From Deltaproteobacteria bacterium (GTDB lineage: Bacteria > Desulfobacterota > Binatia > DP-6), in NCBI GenBank assembly GCA_005888095.1, contig VBKF01000111.1, forward strand, positions 260 to 64,259: DNA of 64,000 nucleotides, read 5' to 3'. A program made the position numbers and the translations under genes. Shown piece by piece: positions 17,300 through 26,358 of the stretch (position 1 is the stretch's first letter; each line of letters starts with the position of its first letter). The notes beneath the pieces are model-generated. The model was given only the letters and a program-made list of their open reading frames with translations. It had not been told where the DNA came from and did no database searches.

Positions 17300-18985
17300 T
17301 CACGGCTGCACCTCGAATTGCCCCATCATCCGCATGTCCTCGTGCTCGATGTTGTGGCAGTGGAACGCGAAGCGGCCCGTCGCCGGCCTCGGCACTGCAT
17401 TGAAGGCCGTCGGGAACGGCAGGAGGATCTTCGCGTCTCCCCGGTCGCCGCCGACGACGATCGTGTCCTTCCGTCCCCGCTCGAGGGGCGGCGGGGCGGC
17501 CCCGTTCCGCGAGAGGATGAAGAACTCGGTCAGGTGGATGTGCACGGGGTGGACCCACCCGCCGCCTGCTTCGATGTTCCAGATCTCGGCGCTGGAGCGC
17601 CTCGGCTTGGCGTTCACGCGGTTCTCGTCGAAGAACTGGCCGTTGATCACCCAGGCGCCATCCGAACGCTCGAAGCGGAACGTGCGCTGCACCGTGACCT
17701 GCGGGAGCAGCTGCTGCGGGCCCGTGACCACCGGGCGAAGCGTGTCCGGCACGCGAGACGGGTCCGCCGCGTCTCTGTTCACGATGAACTTGAGGAGCGG
17801 CGTACCCGGCGAGACGAGGTTGCCCGGCTTGCGGCCGTCGGTCTGCTCGAGACGGTTCACCAGGAAGACCTCACTGTTGAGCGAGCATCCCGAGAAGTCC
17901 ACGACCACGTCGACCCGCTCCGCCGGACCGATGCGGACGCTCCGCACCTTCACGGGATGCTCCAGGAGATGGTCGTCGGTGGCGATCGCGGTGAATGGTT
18001 GCCCGTTGCTCAAGAAGAACTCGTAGAAGCGGGCGCTCGAGCCGTTCAGGAAGCGGAAACGGTATTTCCGCCGCGCGACTTTGAAGAACGGCTGGATGAC
18101 GCCGTTCACGAGAAACTTGTCGCCGAGGAACCCGTTGTGGTCGAAGCTGTCGTAGACGAGAAAGCCGTTCGGATCGAACCGCCTGTCCTGGAAGACCAGG
18201 GGAACATCGAATTCCCTGAACATTCCACCGCTCGGAAGGCTGACCATCCGCCCGGGTAGTCGAAGCGCCCGCGGATTCGGATCCACCTCCCCCAACATCG
18301 AATCCACCTCGTCGAAGTTTAGGAAGAAGCCCGCGAGGCCGCGATAGACGTTCTGGGCGGTGATATCGATGGCGTGGTCGTGGTACCAGAGCGTCGCGTG
18401 CTCGTTCTGTGGATCGAGGTCATCCGCCTCGTTCGGGTAAAAATAATCCCGCGATTGACCGCTGCAGAACGTGTCGAGCGGATAGCCGTCGTCCTCCGGG
18501 AACTGCCAGCCTCCGTGCCGGTGTATCGCGCTGATCGGCTCGCCAATCCCGACCGGATCGTTCTCCGGAAGATCGTTCACGAAGCGAACGAGGAACGGCG
18601 TCCCGCTGCGCGCCATGAACGTCGGACCCGGCATCATCCCGTCGTAGCCCCAGATCACGTTCGCCGGCAGCTGCGGATGAAACGAATGGGGCGCCGCGCG
18701 TTCGTGGATCAGGAAGAACTGCGTGTTCGTCGGCACCACGCGTGGCCCATGGACATGGAAGGCGGTGGTCCCGTCCACGTTCACGCAATCTCCGGGATCG
18801 GCTCGCGTGGGAAACGGCGCGACCGGTTGCGCGATGGGTGCAATCGGCAGTTCGACGAGGAACGCCGTCGTGGGCGGGCTCGGCGGCAGCCCGTCAGCGA
18901 AGGCCCGGCGACGCGGCGCCGGTCCGAGCACGCCGTACGCCCCGCTGATGAGTCCCAGCTTCAGAAGATCCCGTCGACTGAACAT
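17300..18985 (-). CDS. Multicopper oxidase, Tat-secreted (three cupredoxin domains)
   Basis: 561-aa ORF with the twin-arginine signal MFSRRDLLKLGL. Copper-ligand motifs HRHGG, WYHDHA, HPVHIHL and HCHNIEHEDMRMM are present. It shares about 70% identity with the divergent paralog at 19389..21083. Confidence 0.9.
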   Translation of the reverse strand: MFSRRDLLKLGLISGAYGVLGPAPRRRAFADGLPPSPPTTAFLVELPIAPIAQPVAPFPTRADPGDCVNVDGTTAFHVHGPRVVPTNTQFFLIHERAAPHSFHPQLPANVIWGYDGMMPGPTFMARSGTPFLVRFVNDLPENDPVGIGEPISAIHRHGGWQFPEDDGYPLDTFCSGQSRDYFYPNEADDLDPQNEHATLWYHDHAIDITAQNVYRGLAGFFLNFDEVDSMLGEVDPNPRALRLPGRMVSLPSGGMFREFDVPLVFQDRRFDPNGFLVYDSFDHNGFLGDKFLVNGVIQPFFKVARRKYRFRFLNGSSARFYEFFLSNGQPFTAIATDDHLLEHPVKVRSVRIGPAERVDVVVDFSGCSLNSEVFLVNRLEQTDGRKPGNLVSPGTPLLKFIVNRDAADPSRVPDTLRPVVTGPQQLLPQVTVQRTFRFERSDGAWVINGQFFDENRVNAKPRRSSAEIWNIEAGGGWVHPVHIHLTEFFILSRNGAAPPPLERGRKDTIVVGGDRGDAKILLPFPTAFNAVPRPATGRFAFHCHNIEHEDMRMMGQFEVQP

Positions 18986-19388
18986 CTGTCGTTCTTCCTC
19001 TCGAATTGAGGGAAAAGGTTACGCGGTCATTGTAAAGCCAAAGAACGCACCCTGTGTCCGTTGTCAAGCAAAAGTTGCAGCGTCAGACGGCCAGAGATGT
19101 GTCTAAGGCAGGCCGCAATCGAGTACGCGGATCACGGTTAAAGCCGCGGCTATAATGAACTCGCAAAGCGCAAGAGTGGGTTAATTGCCCCACTGTGACA
19201 GGCGAATGTGCGTCATTTCCCCCACCTCACCAAAACGATGCGGGCGCAATGGGTCGAAATACCGCGGACATTCCGCAGTTGCGATAAGGATCTCCCTTGA
19301 CAACGTTGCGGGAATTGGAGTTGATATGCGCGGTGTTTGTATTGCTATTTGAACTGCGAAACGGATTCGCGCACGAAGGAGATTCGCG
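18986..19388. promoter_or_regulatory. Divergent promoter/operator region between the two multicopper oxidase genes
   Basis: The 403-bp gap is markedly AT-richer than the flanks. An exact 10-bp inverted motif pair, CGTTGTCAAG at 19059..19068 and CTTGACAACG at 19295..19304, sits about 75 to 85 bp upstream of each divergent start. A perfect TATAAT hexamer lies at 19151..19156 on the plus strand. Confidence 0.5.
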
Positions 19389-21083
19389 ATGTTGACCCGC
19401 CGACAGATGCTGAAAGCTGGCCTTGCAGGCGGTGGCTATGCCCTGCTGGGAGGGGGCTACGTCTTGCTCGGCCCTGGTCGAAGTCGCCGGGTCTTTGCGG
19501 ACCAGCTTCCATCGAGCCCGCCGACGACGCCCTTCCTCGAAGAGCTTCCCATCGCACCCATCGCGCAGCCCGTCGCGCGCTTTGCCACCCGTCCCGATCC
19601 GACCAACTGCGTGAACGTGGACGGGACCACGGCCATCCACGTCAGTGGGCCGCGCGTGGTGCCGACGAACGCCCAGTTCTTCCTGATCCACGAGCGGCAG
19701 GCGCTTCACTCGTTTCATCCGCGGCTGCCTCCGAGCTCCGTCTGGGGCTACAACGGCATGGTCCCCGGTCCGACCTTCCTCGGCCGCAGCGGGACGCCGT
19801 TCCTGGTCCGGTTCGTCAACGACCTGCCGACGAACGACCCGGTCGGGATCGGGGAACCCATCAGCGCCGTGCATCGCCACGGGGGCTTCCAGGCGCCCGA
19901 GGACGACGGCTACCCGCTCGACACCTTCTGCACCGGGCAGTCGAGAGACTATTTCTATCCGCAGACCCCGGCGCCGAACGTCTTCGGACTCCCGAACCCC
20001 GAGCAGAACGAAGAGTCGACGATGTGGTACCACGACCACGCGATCGACATCACCGGGCCGAACGTCTACCGGGGGTTGGCGGGCTTCTTCCTCAATTTCG
20101 ACGAGGTCGACTCCTTTCTTGGCGAGGAGGACCCGAACCCGCGGGCGCTGCGCCTCCCGGGCCGGATGCGAGGCCAGGTGAGGGAATTCGACATCCCGAT
20201 CGTCATCCAGGACAAGCTGTTCGATCAGGATGGCCGCCTCGTGTTCGACACCTTCGACCACAACGGCTTCCTCGGCGACAAGTTCGTCTTGAACGGCAAG
20301 ATCCAGCCCTTCCTCAGGGTGAAACGGCGCAAGTATCGATTCCGTTTCCTGAACGGCTCGAACGCGCGCTTCTACCAGCTCTTCCTGCGCAACGGCGGGC
20401 CGTTCGACTTCGTCATCGCCGCCGACGACCACCTCTTCCCGCGCCCCCTGCTGAACCAGAAGAGCATCATTCTCGGTCCAGCGGAGCGGGCGGAGGTCGT
20501 CATCGATTTCAGCCGCTTCCCGAGCAACACCGAGGTCATCCTGGAGAACCGGCTGGAGCAGGACGACGGCCGCAAGCCGGACAGCCTCGTCTCGACGGGC
20601 ACCCCGCTCCTCAAGTTCATCGTGAACGGGGACGTCGCCGACCCGAGCCGCGTGCCCGACACGCTCCGCCCGATCCTGATTGGTCCGGCCCAGATCCTCC
20701 CCTTCGTCACCGTGAAACGGACGTTCGACTTCGAGCGCTCAGACGGCGCCTGGCAAATCAACGGGGAGTTCTTCGACGAGAACCGCATCAACGCCAAGCC
20801 GAAGGTCAACACGGCGGAGATCTGGACCATCAAATCGGGCGGTGGCTGGACCCACCCCGTCCACATCCACCTGAGCTCGTTCTTCGTCCTCTCGCGCAAC
20901 GGCTCGTCGCCGCTGCCGCTCGAGCGGGCGCGCAAGGACACGATCGACGTGGGGGCGTTCTTCACCCAGGAGGTGAAGATCCTGGCGATGTTCCCGCGCT
21001 ACACAGGCAGCTACGTCTTCCACTGCCACAACATCGAGCACGAGGACATGCGGATGATGGCGCAGTTCGAAAACCAGCCATGA
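19389..21083 (+). CDS. Multicopper oxidase, Tat-secreted (paralog of 17300..18985)
   Basis: 564-aa ORF starting MLTRRQMLKAGLAGGG. It has the same copper-site motifs as its paralog (HRHGG, WYHDHA, HPVHIHL, HCHNIEHEDMRMM). Confidence 0.9.
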   Translation: MLTRRQMLKAGLAGGGYALLGGGYVLLGPGRSRRVFADQLPSSPPTTPFLEELPIAPIAQPVARFATRPDPTNCVNVDGTTAIHVSGPRVVPTNAQFFLIHERQALHSFHPRLPPSSVWGYNGMVPGPTFLGRSGTPFLVRFVNDLPTNDPVGIGEPISAVHRHGGFQAPEDDGYPLDTFCTGQSRDYFYPQTPAPNVFGLPNPEQNEESTMWYHDHAIDITGPNVYRGLAGFFLNFDEVDSFLGEEDPNPRALRLPGRMRGQVREFDIPIVIQDKLFDQDGRLVFDTFDHNGFLGDKFVLNGKIQPFLRVKRRKYRFRFLNGSNARFYQLFLRNGGPFDFVIAADDHLFPRPLLNQKSIILGPAERAEVVIDFSRFPSNTEVILENRLEQDDGRKPDSLVSTGTPLLKFIVNGDVADPSRVPDTLRPILIGPAQILPFVTVKRTFDFERSDGAWQINGEFFDENRINAKPKVNTAEIWTIKSGGGWTHPVHIHLSSFFVLSRNGSSPLPLERARKDTIDVGAFFTQEVKILAMFPRYTGSYVFHCHNIEHEDMRMMAQFENQP

Positions 21084-21832
21084 CCCCACCCCGCACGGCC
21101 CTGGCCCTCGCCCTTATCATCGCGCTCGGCGCGGCGGGTTGCTCGGAACGCCCGGCGGCCCCGCCCCAACGGCCGCCGGCGGCGCGCGCCGCCCCGGCGC
21201 CGCCCGATCCGGTGGCCACCATCCGCGACCGCCACCTCCCGAACATCGAGCTCGTGACCCACGAGGGCCGGCGCGTCCACTTCTACGACGACCTCGTGCG
21301 GGGCAAGGTCGTGGCCATCAACTTCATGTTCGCGACCTGTCGCGTCGCCTGTCCGCTCGCTACCGAGCACCTGGTCGAGGTGCAGAAGTCCCTCGGCGAC
21401 CGCGCCGGTCGCGACGTGACCCTGCTGTCCATCTCGCTCGACCCCGAGCGCGACACGCCCGAGGTGCTCCGCGGATACGCCGAGGCGCACGGCGTGGGTC
21501 CGGGGTGGTACTTCCTCACCGGCAAGCGCGACGACATCGAGATGCTCCGGCGAAAGCTCGGCGCCTACGAGCTGGACCCGGTCATCGACGCGGACCCGAA
21601 GCAGCACACCGGGATCGTCATCCTCGGGAACGAGCCCGCCGGGCGCTGGAAGGCGATCTCGGTCCTCTCGAAGCCGGTGCGCATCCGGCAGGCGATCGAG
21701 CGGACCATCCTGCCCGCCACCCAGTGGCCGACCGGCGAGGCGGTGGTCAAGGAAAGCCCGCGCGAGGAGACCGAGGTGGGCAAGGAGCTGGTCCAGCCCG
21801 GCGACCTGGCAGACCTCCCCGTCCGCGACTGA
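21080..21832 (+). CDS. SCO1/SenC-family copper chaperone (thioredoxin-fold lipoprotein)
   Basis: It sits in the tail of track ORF 19337..21832. Its ATG overlaps the MCO stop (ATGA at 21080..21083). The lipoprotein signal is MTPPRTALALALIIALGAAGC. The CxxxC copper-binding motif is FATCRVACP, and a conserved His lies in DPKQHTGIVIL. Confidence 0.85.
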   Translation: MTPPRTALALALIIALGAAGCSERPAAPPQRPPAARAAPAPPDPVATIRDRHLPNIELVTHEGRRVHFYDDLVRGKVVAINFMFATCRVACPLATEHLVEVQKSLGDRAGRDVTLLSISLDPERDTPEVLRGYAEAHGVGPGWYFLTGKRDDIEMLRRKLGAYELDPVIDADPKQHTGIVILGNEPAGRWKAISVLSKPVRIRQAIERTILPATQWPTGEAVVKESPREETEVGKELVQPGDLADLPVRD

Positions 21833-21894
21833 CGGCGCCCCGCGGTGTCCGGCCAACGCTCGCAGTAGGGTGCGTTTGCGGCTACATTTATGGG

Positions 21895-23793
21895 ATGACG
21901 ACCACCGCCGAACGCCAGTCCCGCGAGGTTGCCGAGGCCGCACGGGAACGCGAATGGAAAGGCGCCAGCTTCCTGCGCGAGATGTTCCTCGGCCGCTTCC
22001 GTCTCGATCTCGTCCATCCCTACCCGGTCGAGGAGCCGGACCGGCCGGCCTTCCGCGACTTCTACGCGGGCATGCGGCGCCTCCTCGAGGAGAAGGTCGA
22101 CCCGGTGGCGATCGACGAGACCGGCGAGTACCCCGAGGAGGTCATCCGCGGGCTCGCCGAGCTCGGCGCGTTCGGCATGAAGATCCCTCGGGAGTACGGC
22201 GGCCTCGGCCTCACCCATCCCGAGTACGTCCGCGTGATGGAGCTCGTCGGGAGCTACGACGGCAACGTCGCGGCGCTCCTCTCGGCGCACCAGGCGATCG
22301 GCGTCCCGCAGCCGGTCCGGCTCTTCGGCACCGAGGAGCAGAAGCGGCGCTTCCTCCCCCGCTGCGCGCGCGGCGCGATCTCGGCCTTCGCGCTCACCGA
22401 GCCCGCGGTCGGCTCCGACCCGGCGCGGCTGTCGACGGTCGCCGAGCCGACGCCCGACGGGCGCTTCTACATCCTCAATGGCCAGAAGCTCTGGTGCACG
22501 AACGGCACGCTCGCCGAGCTGATCGTCGTCATGGCGCGCAACCCGAAGACCAACCGCATCAACGCCTTCGTGGTCGAGATGGACTGGGAAGGCGTCAAGG
22601 TCGAGCATCGGAGCCGCTTCATGGGGCTCAAGGCGCTCGCCAACGGCGTGATCAGCTTCGAGGACGTGAAGGTGCCCCGCGAGAACCTGATCGGCCGGGA
22701 GGGCGACGGCCTCCGCGTGGCGCTCGTGACCCTCAACACGGGGCGGCTCACGCTGCCGGCGACCACGGCGGGGATCGCCAAGGCGGGCCTCGAGCTCTGC
22801 CGCAAGTGGGGCAACGCCCGGGTGCAGTGGGGCGTGCCGATCGGCAAGCACGAGGCCGTGGCCGTCAAGGTCGCCGACCTCGCCACCAGCGCCTTCGCCA
22901 TGGAATCCGTCGCCTACCTCGTTGCCCACTTCGCCGACCGGCCCGATTCCGACATCCGCCTCGAGGCGGCGGCGGCGAAGGAGTGGAACACCGTGCGCGC
23001 CTGGCACCTGCTGGACGACATCCTCCAGGTGCGCGGCGGCCGCGGCTACGAGACCGAGCGCTCCCTCGCCGGGCGCGGCGAGCCGCCGATCGGCGTCGAA
23101 CGCATGATGCGCGACTCACGCATCAACCTGATCTTCGAGGGCTCGAGCGAGATCATGCACCTCTTCATGGCGCGCGAGGCGGTGGACACGCACCTCCAGG
23201 TGGCGGGCGCCTTCGTCGACCCGCGGGCGAGCGGCCGCGACCGCCTGCGCGCGGTGCCGCGCATCCTCCGCTTCTACGCCTGGTGGTACCCGACCCGCTG
23301 GCTCGGCTGGGGCGCCTGGCCGCGCTACGCCTCCTTCGGGAAGCTCGCACGCCACCTGCGCTTCGCCGACCGCGCCAGCCGCCGGCTGGCGCGCGCCGTC
23401 TTCCACGGCATGGTGGTGTATCAGGCCGGGCTCGAACGGAAGCAGGCATTTCTCTTCCGCGCCGTCGACATCGCCATGGAGCTCTTCGCGCTGACCGCCG
23501 CCGTGACCCGCGCCCACCGGATGGCCGAGACCGGCCACCCCGAGGCGGCGGGCGCCGCGAGCCTGGCCGACGTCTTCGCCCGCGGCGCGCGCCGTCGGGT
23601 CCAGCAGCTCTTCCGGGAGATGTGGCGCAACGACGACGCGCGGAGGTACGGCGTCGCCCGGCAAGTCTTCGAGGGGAAGCACGTCTGGTTCGAGCAGGGG
23701 GTCATGCCGCTCGGCTTCTCCGCCGAGGACCTCCAGCCGCCGTCGGTGACGGAGCTCCTCCAGGCCCGGCGCGTTCGCCGCGCGAGCGCGTAG
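21895..23793 (+). CDS. Acyl-CoA dehydrogenase family protein with a long C-terminal extension (FadE-like, about 630 aa)
   Basis: It sits in track ORF 21139..23793 and starts at MTTTAERQS. ACAD N-terminal, middle and C-terminal domains are recognisable (GFGMKIPREYGGLGL, FALTEPAVGSDPA, IFEGSSEIMHLFMAREA). Confidence 0.85.
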   Translation: MTTTAERQSREVAEAAREREWKGASFLREMFLGRFRLDLVHPYPVEEPDRPAFRDFYAGMRRLLEEKVDPVAIDETGEYPEEVIRGLAELGAFGMKIPREYGGLGLTHPEYVRVMELVGSYDGNVAALLSAHQAIGVPQPVRLFGTEEQKRRFLPRCARGAISAFALTEPAVGSDPARLSTVAEPTPDGRFYILNGQKLWCTNGTLAELIVVMARNPKTNRINAFVVEMDWEGVKVEHRSRFMGLKALANGVISFEDVKVPRENLIGREGDGLRVALVTLNTGRLTLPATTAGIAKAGLELCRKWGNARVQWGVPIGKHEAVAVKVADLATSAFAMESVAYLVAHFADRPDSDIRLEAAAAKEWNTVRAWHLLDDILQVRGGRGYETERSLAGRGEPPIGVERMMRDSRINLIFEGSSEIMHLFMAREAVDTHLQVAGAFVDPRASGRDRLRAVPRILRFYAWWYPTRWLGWGAWPRYASFGKLARHLRFADRASRRLARAVFHGMVVYQAGLERKQAFLFRAVDIAMELFALTAAVTRAHRMAETGHPEAAGAASLADVFARGARRRVQQLFREMWRNDDARRYGVARQVFEGKHVWFEQGVMPLGFSAEDLQPPSVTELLQARRVRRASA

Positions 23794-23925
23794 GCTCGGA
23801 GATCACTCCGACCGCTCCTCGCGGTCCTTTCGAAGGCCCGTGCCGCCTGCGGCCCGTATTCGGCCGCCTTGCGGACGGGAGCGCCGTGGTGCTACCATGG
23901 TGACACCACTCGGGAAAGAGCACCG

Positions 23926-24219
23926 ATGAGCACGACGACGACCCTCAAGCTGCCGTCCGAGCTCAAGCGCCGGATCGCGCGGTTGGTCGACGGCACCGAA
24001 CGGTCGGCGCACGCCTTCATGCTGGAGGCGATCGCGCATCAGATCGAACACGAGGAGCGCCTGCGCGCGTTCGTGGCGGAGGCGGCGGCGGCCGACCGCA
24101 AGATCGACCGGACCGGCGAGGTGTACGCGGCCGGCGAGGTCCATGCGTGGCTCGATCGGCTCGCGCGGCGCAAGGCCGGCGCTCGCCGGCCGGCGCGGCC
24201 CCGGCCGTGCCGGACGTAG
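23926..24219 (+). CDS. Type II antitoxin, ribbon-helix-helix (ParD/CopG-like)
   Basis: Starts at MSTTTTLKLPSELKRRIARLVDGTERSAHAFMLEAIAHQIEHEERLRAF, an RHH fold signature. Its 3' end overlaps the toxin gene start. Confidence 0.7.
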   Translation: MSTTTTLKLPSELKRRIARLVDGTERSAHAFMLEAIAHQIEHEERLRAFVAEAAAADRKIDRTGEVYAAGEVHAWLDRLARRKAGARRPARPRPCRT

Positions 24220-24500
24220 TCTACTCCGCGACGGCCATCGCCAACCTCGAGCGCGCGTTCGAGTTCCTCGCCGGGCACGACCCCGCGGTCGCGCGCCGGG
24301 CTGCCACCGCGATCCGGAGCGCGGTCGAAGCTTTGGCCGAGCACCCGCTCGTCGGGCGGCGAGTGCAGGGCGAGCTGCGAGAGCTCGTGATCTCGTTCGG
24401 CCGAACGGGATACGTCGCGCTCTACCGCTTCGTCCCCGCACGCAACCAGGTTCGTATCCTCGCGATCCGACACCAGCGGGAGCTTGGCTACCCGCGGTGA
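24207..24500 (+). CDS. Type II toxin, ParE/RelE superfamily
   Basis: The GTG start is in frame with track ORF 24147..24500. The product is (M)PDVVYSATAIANLERAFEFLAGHDPAVARRAATAIRSAVEALAEHPLVGRRVQGELRELVISFGRTGYVALYRFVPARNQVRILAIRHQRE. The ParE-like C-terminus is RILAIRHQRE. It overlaps the antitoxin gene by 13 nt. Confidence 0.7.
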   Translation: MPDVVYSATAIANLERAFEFLAGHDPAVARRAATAIRSAVEALAEHPLVGRRVQGELRELVISFGRTGYVALYRFVPARNQVRILAIRHQRELGYPR

Positions 24501-24621
24501 GGGCCCGCCGGAATCCCAACGGAGCAGCACGGGGGCGACGCTGCCGATCGCTCCGGACCGGCGTGCTGGAGTGTCATGCGGCTTTCCCCTATAAGAATTG
24601 CTGGATGCGGGGAGGTCGGGG

Positions 24622-26358
24622 ATGTACGAGCGCTTCTTCGGGCTCGGCGACGCGCCGTTCCGGCTGACGCCGGATCCGCGTTACCTCTTCCTCTCCTCCA
24701 AGCACGCCGAGGCGCTGGCCCACCTCCGGCTCGGCCTCAAGGAGTCGAGCGGCTTCGTCTGCATCACCGGCGACGTGGGGACGGGGAAGACGACGCTCCT
24801 GCGCGCCTTCCTGGCCGAGCTCGGACCCGAGGTGACGGCCGCCTACATCATCAGCCCGGCGCTCTCCACCCTCGAGCTCTTGCAGCGCATCAACCGCGAG
24901 TTCGGCCTGCCCGGGACGAGCACGAGCCAGATGGAGCTGGTCGATACGCTCAACGCGCACCTGCTCGCGCAGCACCAGGCCGGTCGCGTCTCGGTGGTCG
25001 TGGTCGACGAGGCGCAGGCGTTCTCGATGGATCTGCTCGAGCAGCTCCGTCTGCTCTCGAACCTGGAGACCGCGACCGAGAAGCTCCTCCGCGTCGTGCT
25101 CGTCGGCCAGCCGCAGCTGCGCACGCTGCTCCTCGACCCCGCCATGGCGCAGCTGAACCAGCGCATCACACTCCGCTGGCACATGGGGCCGCTCCGCTAT
25201 CGCGAGACGGTGGCCTACGTGCGCCACCGCCTCGCCGTCGCCAGCGAGGGGAGAGCCGCGCGGCTCTTCACCGTCCCCGCGCTCCGCTTGACGCACAGCC
25301 TCGCCGACGGCGTACCGCGCCTCATCAACATGATCGCACACCGGGCGACGCTCGCGGCGTTCGTCGCGCGCCAGCCGCGAGTGACCCGGCGCTCCGTCGT
25401 GCGCGCGTACCGGGAGATCAAGGCCGTGCCGCTGCCGGGCACGCTCTCGGTCGTGCGGCGCGCCGCCTGGGGGGCCGCAGGGGTGGCGGTCGGCGTCGGC
25501 GTGGTGACGCTCGGCGTGCCGCTCGGTTGGTTCACCGATATCCGGCGGCCGCCCGCCCTCCGTCCGGCCGAGGTGGTGGCGAAGACCGCTCCCGTCGCGC
25601 CTTCGGCCGAGGCGCCGCCGGCGGAGCCTGCCCCTGCCGTGGCCGAGCCCGCGCCCGCCGCTCCTGCGGCAACCGCCGCGCCCGAGCCTGTGCCCGCCGT
25701 GCCACTGCGGTCGCCGGTCGCCGAGCTCGAGCGCCGCCTGACGGCCCTCGATGCCCAGGCGAGTGGCAGGGCCGCCGCCGAGGCCGTCCTTGCCGCTTGG
25801 CACACCCGTTCGCTGGCCGACGACGAGACGCACGTCCCTGACGACCTCGAGCGAGTCGCGTGGCGACGCGGCCTCGAGGACATGCGGCTCACCGGCAACC
25901 GCACCGTGCTCGGCATCCTGGACCTCCCCGCGCTACTCGAGCTCCGTGTCCCGGGCGCGAGCGGACCCTGCTACGCAGCGCTCACCGGTCTGGACGAGCA
26001 CCGAGCGACGCTCACGATCGGAGCCACCACGACCACGATCGACGCCGGCCTCCTCGACCTCTTCTGGTTCGGCGAGGCACACGTCCTGTGGCGAGACTTC
26101 GAGGGGCTCGGGATGACGTTCGGCCTCGGCGCACGCGGGGCCCACGTTGCCCGCCTGCAGGCGTTGCTCCGACGAGCCGGCCTGTTTGCTGGTGAGTCGA
26201 CGGGCGAATTCGACCCGGCTACCGTGGCTGCCGTCCTCGACTTCCAACGCTCGCGCCTCCTCGTCCCCGACGCTCGGGTGGGGCGGCTGACGCGCATCGT
26301 GCTCTACGCGGCCGCCGGCGGCTATCCACGGCCACGGCTTGCGGGAGGTACATCGTGA
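24622..26358 (+). CDS. ExeA/GspA-like AAA ATPase with a C-terminal peptidoglycan-binding domain
   Basis: Starts at MYERFFGLGDAPF, preceded by GGAGG. The Walker A motif is GDVGTGKTT and the AAA_22-type body contains VVVDEAQ. It has a TM segment, a Pro/Ala-rich region, and a C-terminal PG_binding_1-like region LQALLRRAGLFAGESTGEFDPATVAAVLDFQRSRLLVPDARVGRLT. Confidence 0.8.
   Translation: MYERFFGLGDAPFRLTPDPRYLFLSSKHAEALAHLRLGLKESSGFVCITGDVGTGKTTLLRAFLAELGPEVTAAYIISPALSTLELLQRINREFGLPGTSTSQMELVDTLNAHLLAQHQAGRVSVVVVDEAQAFSMDLLEQLRLLSNLETATEKLLRVVLVGQPQLRTLLLDPAMAQLNQRITLRWHMGPLRYRETVAYVRHRLAVASEGRAARLFTVPALRLTHSLADGVPRLINMIAHRATLAAFVARQPRVTRRSVVRAYREIKAVPLPGTLSVVRRAAWGAAGVAVGVGVVTLGVPLGWFTDIRRPPALRPAEVVAKTAPVAPSAEAPPAEPAPAVAEPAPAAPAATAAPEPVPAVPLRSPVAELERRLTALDAQASGRAAAEAVLAAWHTRSLADDETHVPDDLERVAWRRGLEDMRLTGNRTVLGILDLPALLELRVPGASGPCYAALTGLDEHRATLTIGATTTTIDAGLLDLFWFGEAHVLWRDFEGLGMTFGLGARGAHVARLQALLRRAGLFAGESTGEFDPATVAAVLDFQRSRLLVPDARVGRLTRIVLYAAAGGYPRPRLAGGTS

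Noticed and set aside
19028-19068. Possible sigma-70 promoter (TTGACA-like within the inverted motif plus TACAAT) for the minus-strand oxidase gene
   Set aside because: The spacing between the candidate -35 and -10 hexamers is about 27 bp, too long for a canonical promoter. I kept the motif as a putative operator only.
21011-21943. 310-aa minus-strand ORF overlapping the Sco1 gene
   Set aside because: It is antisense to a well-supported Sco1 CDS. Its composition is Arg/Gly noise.
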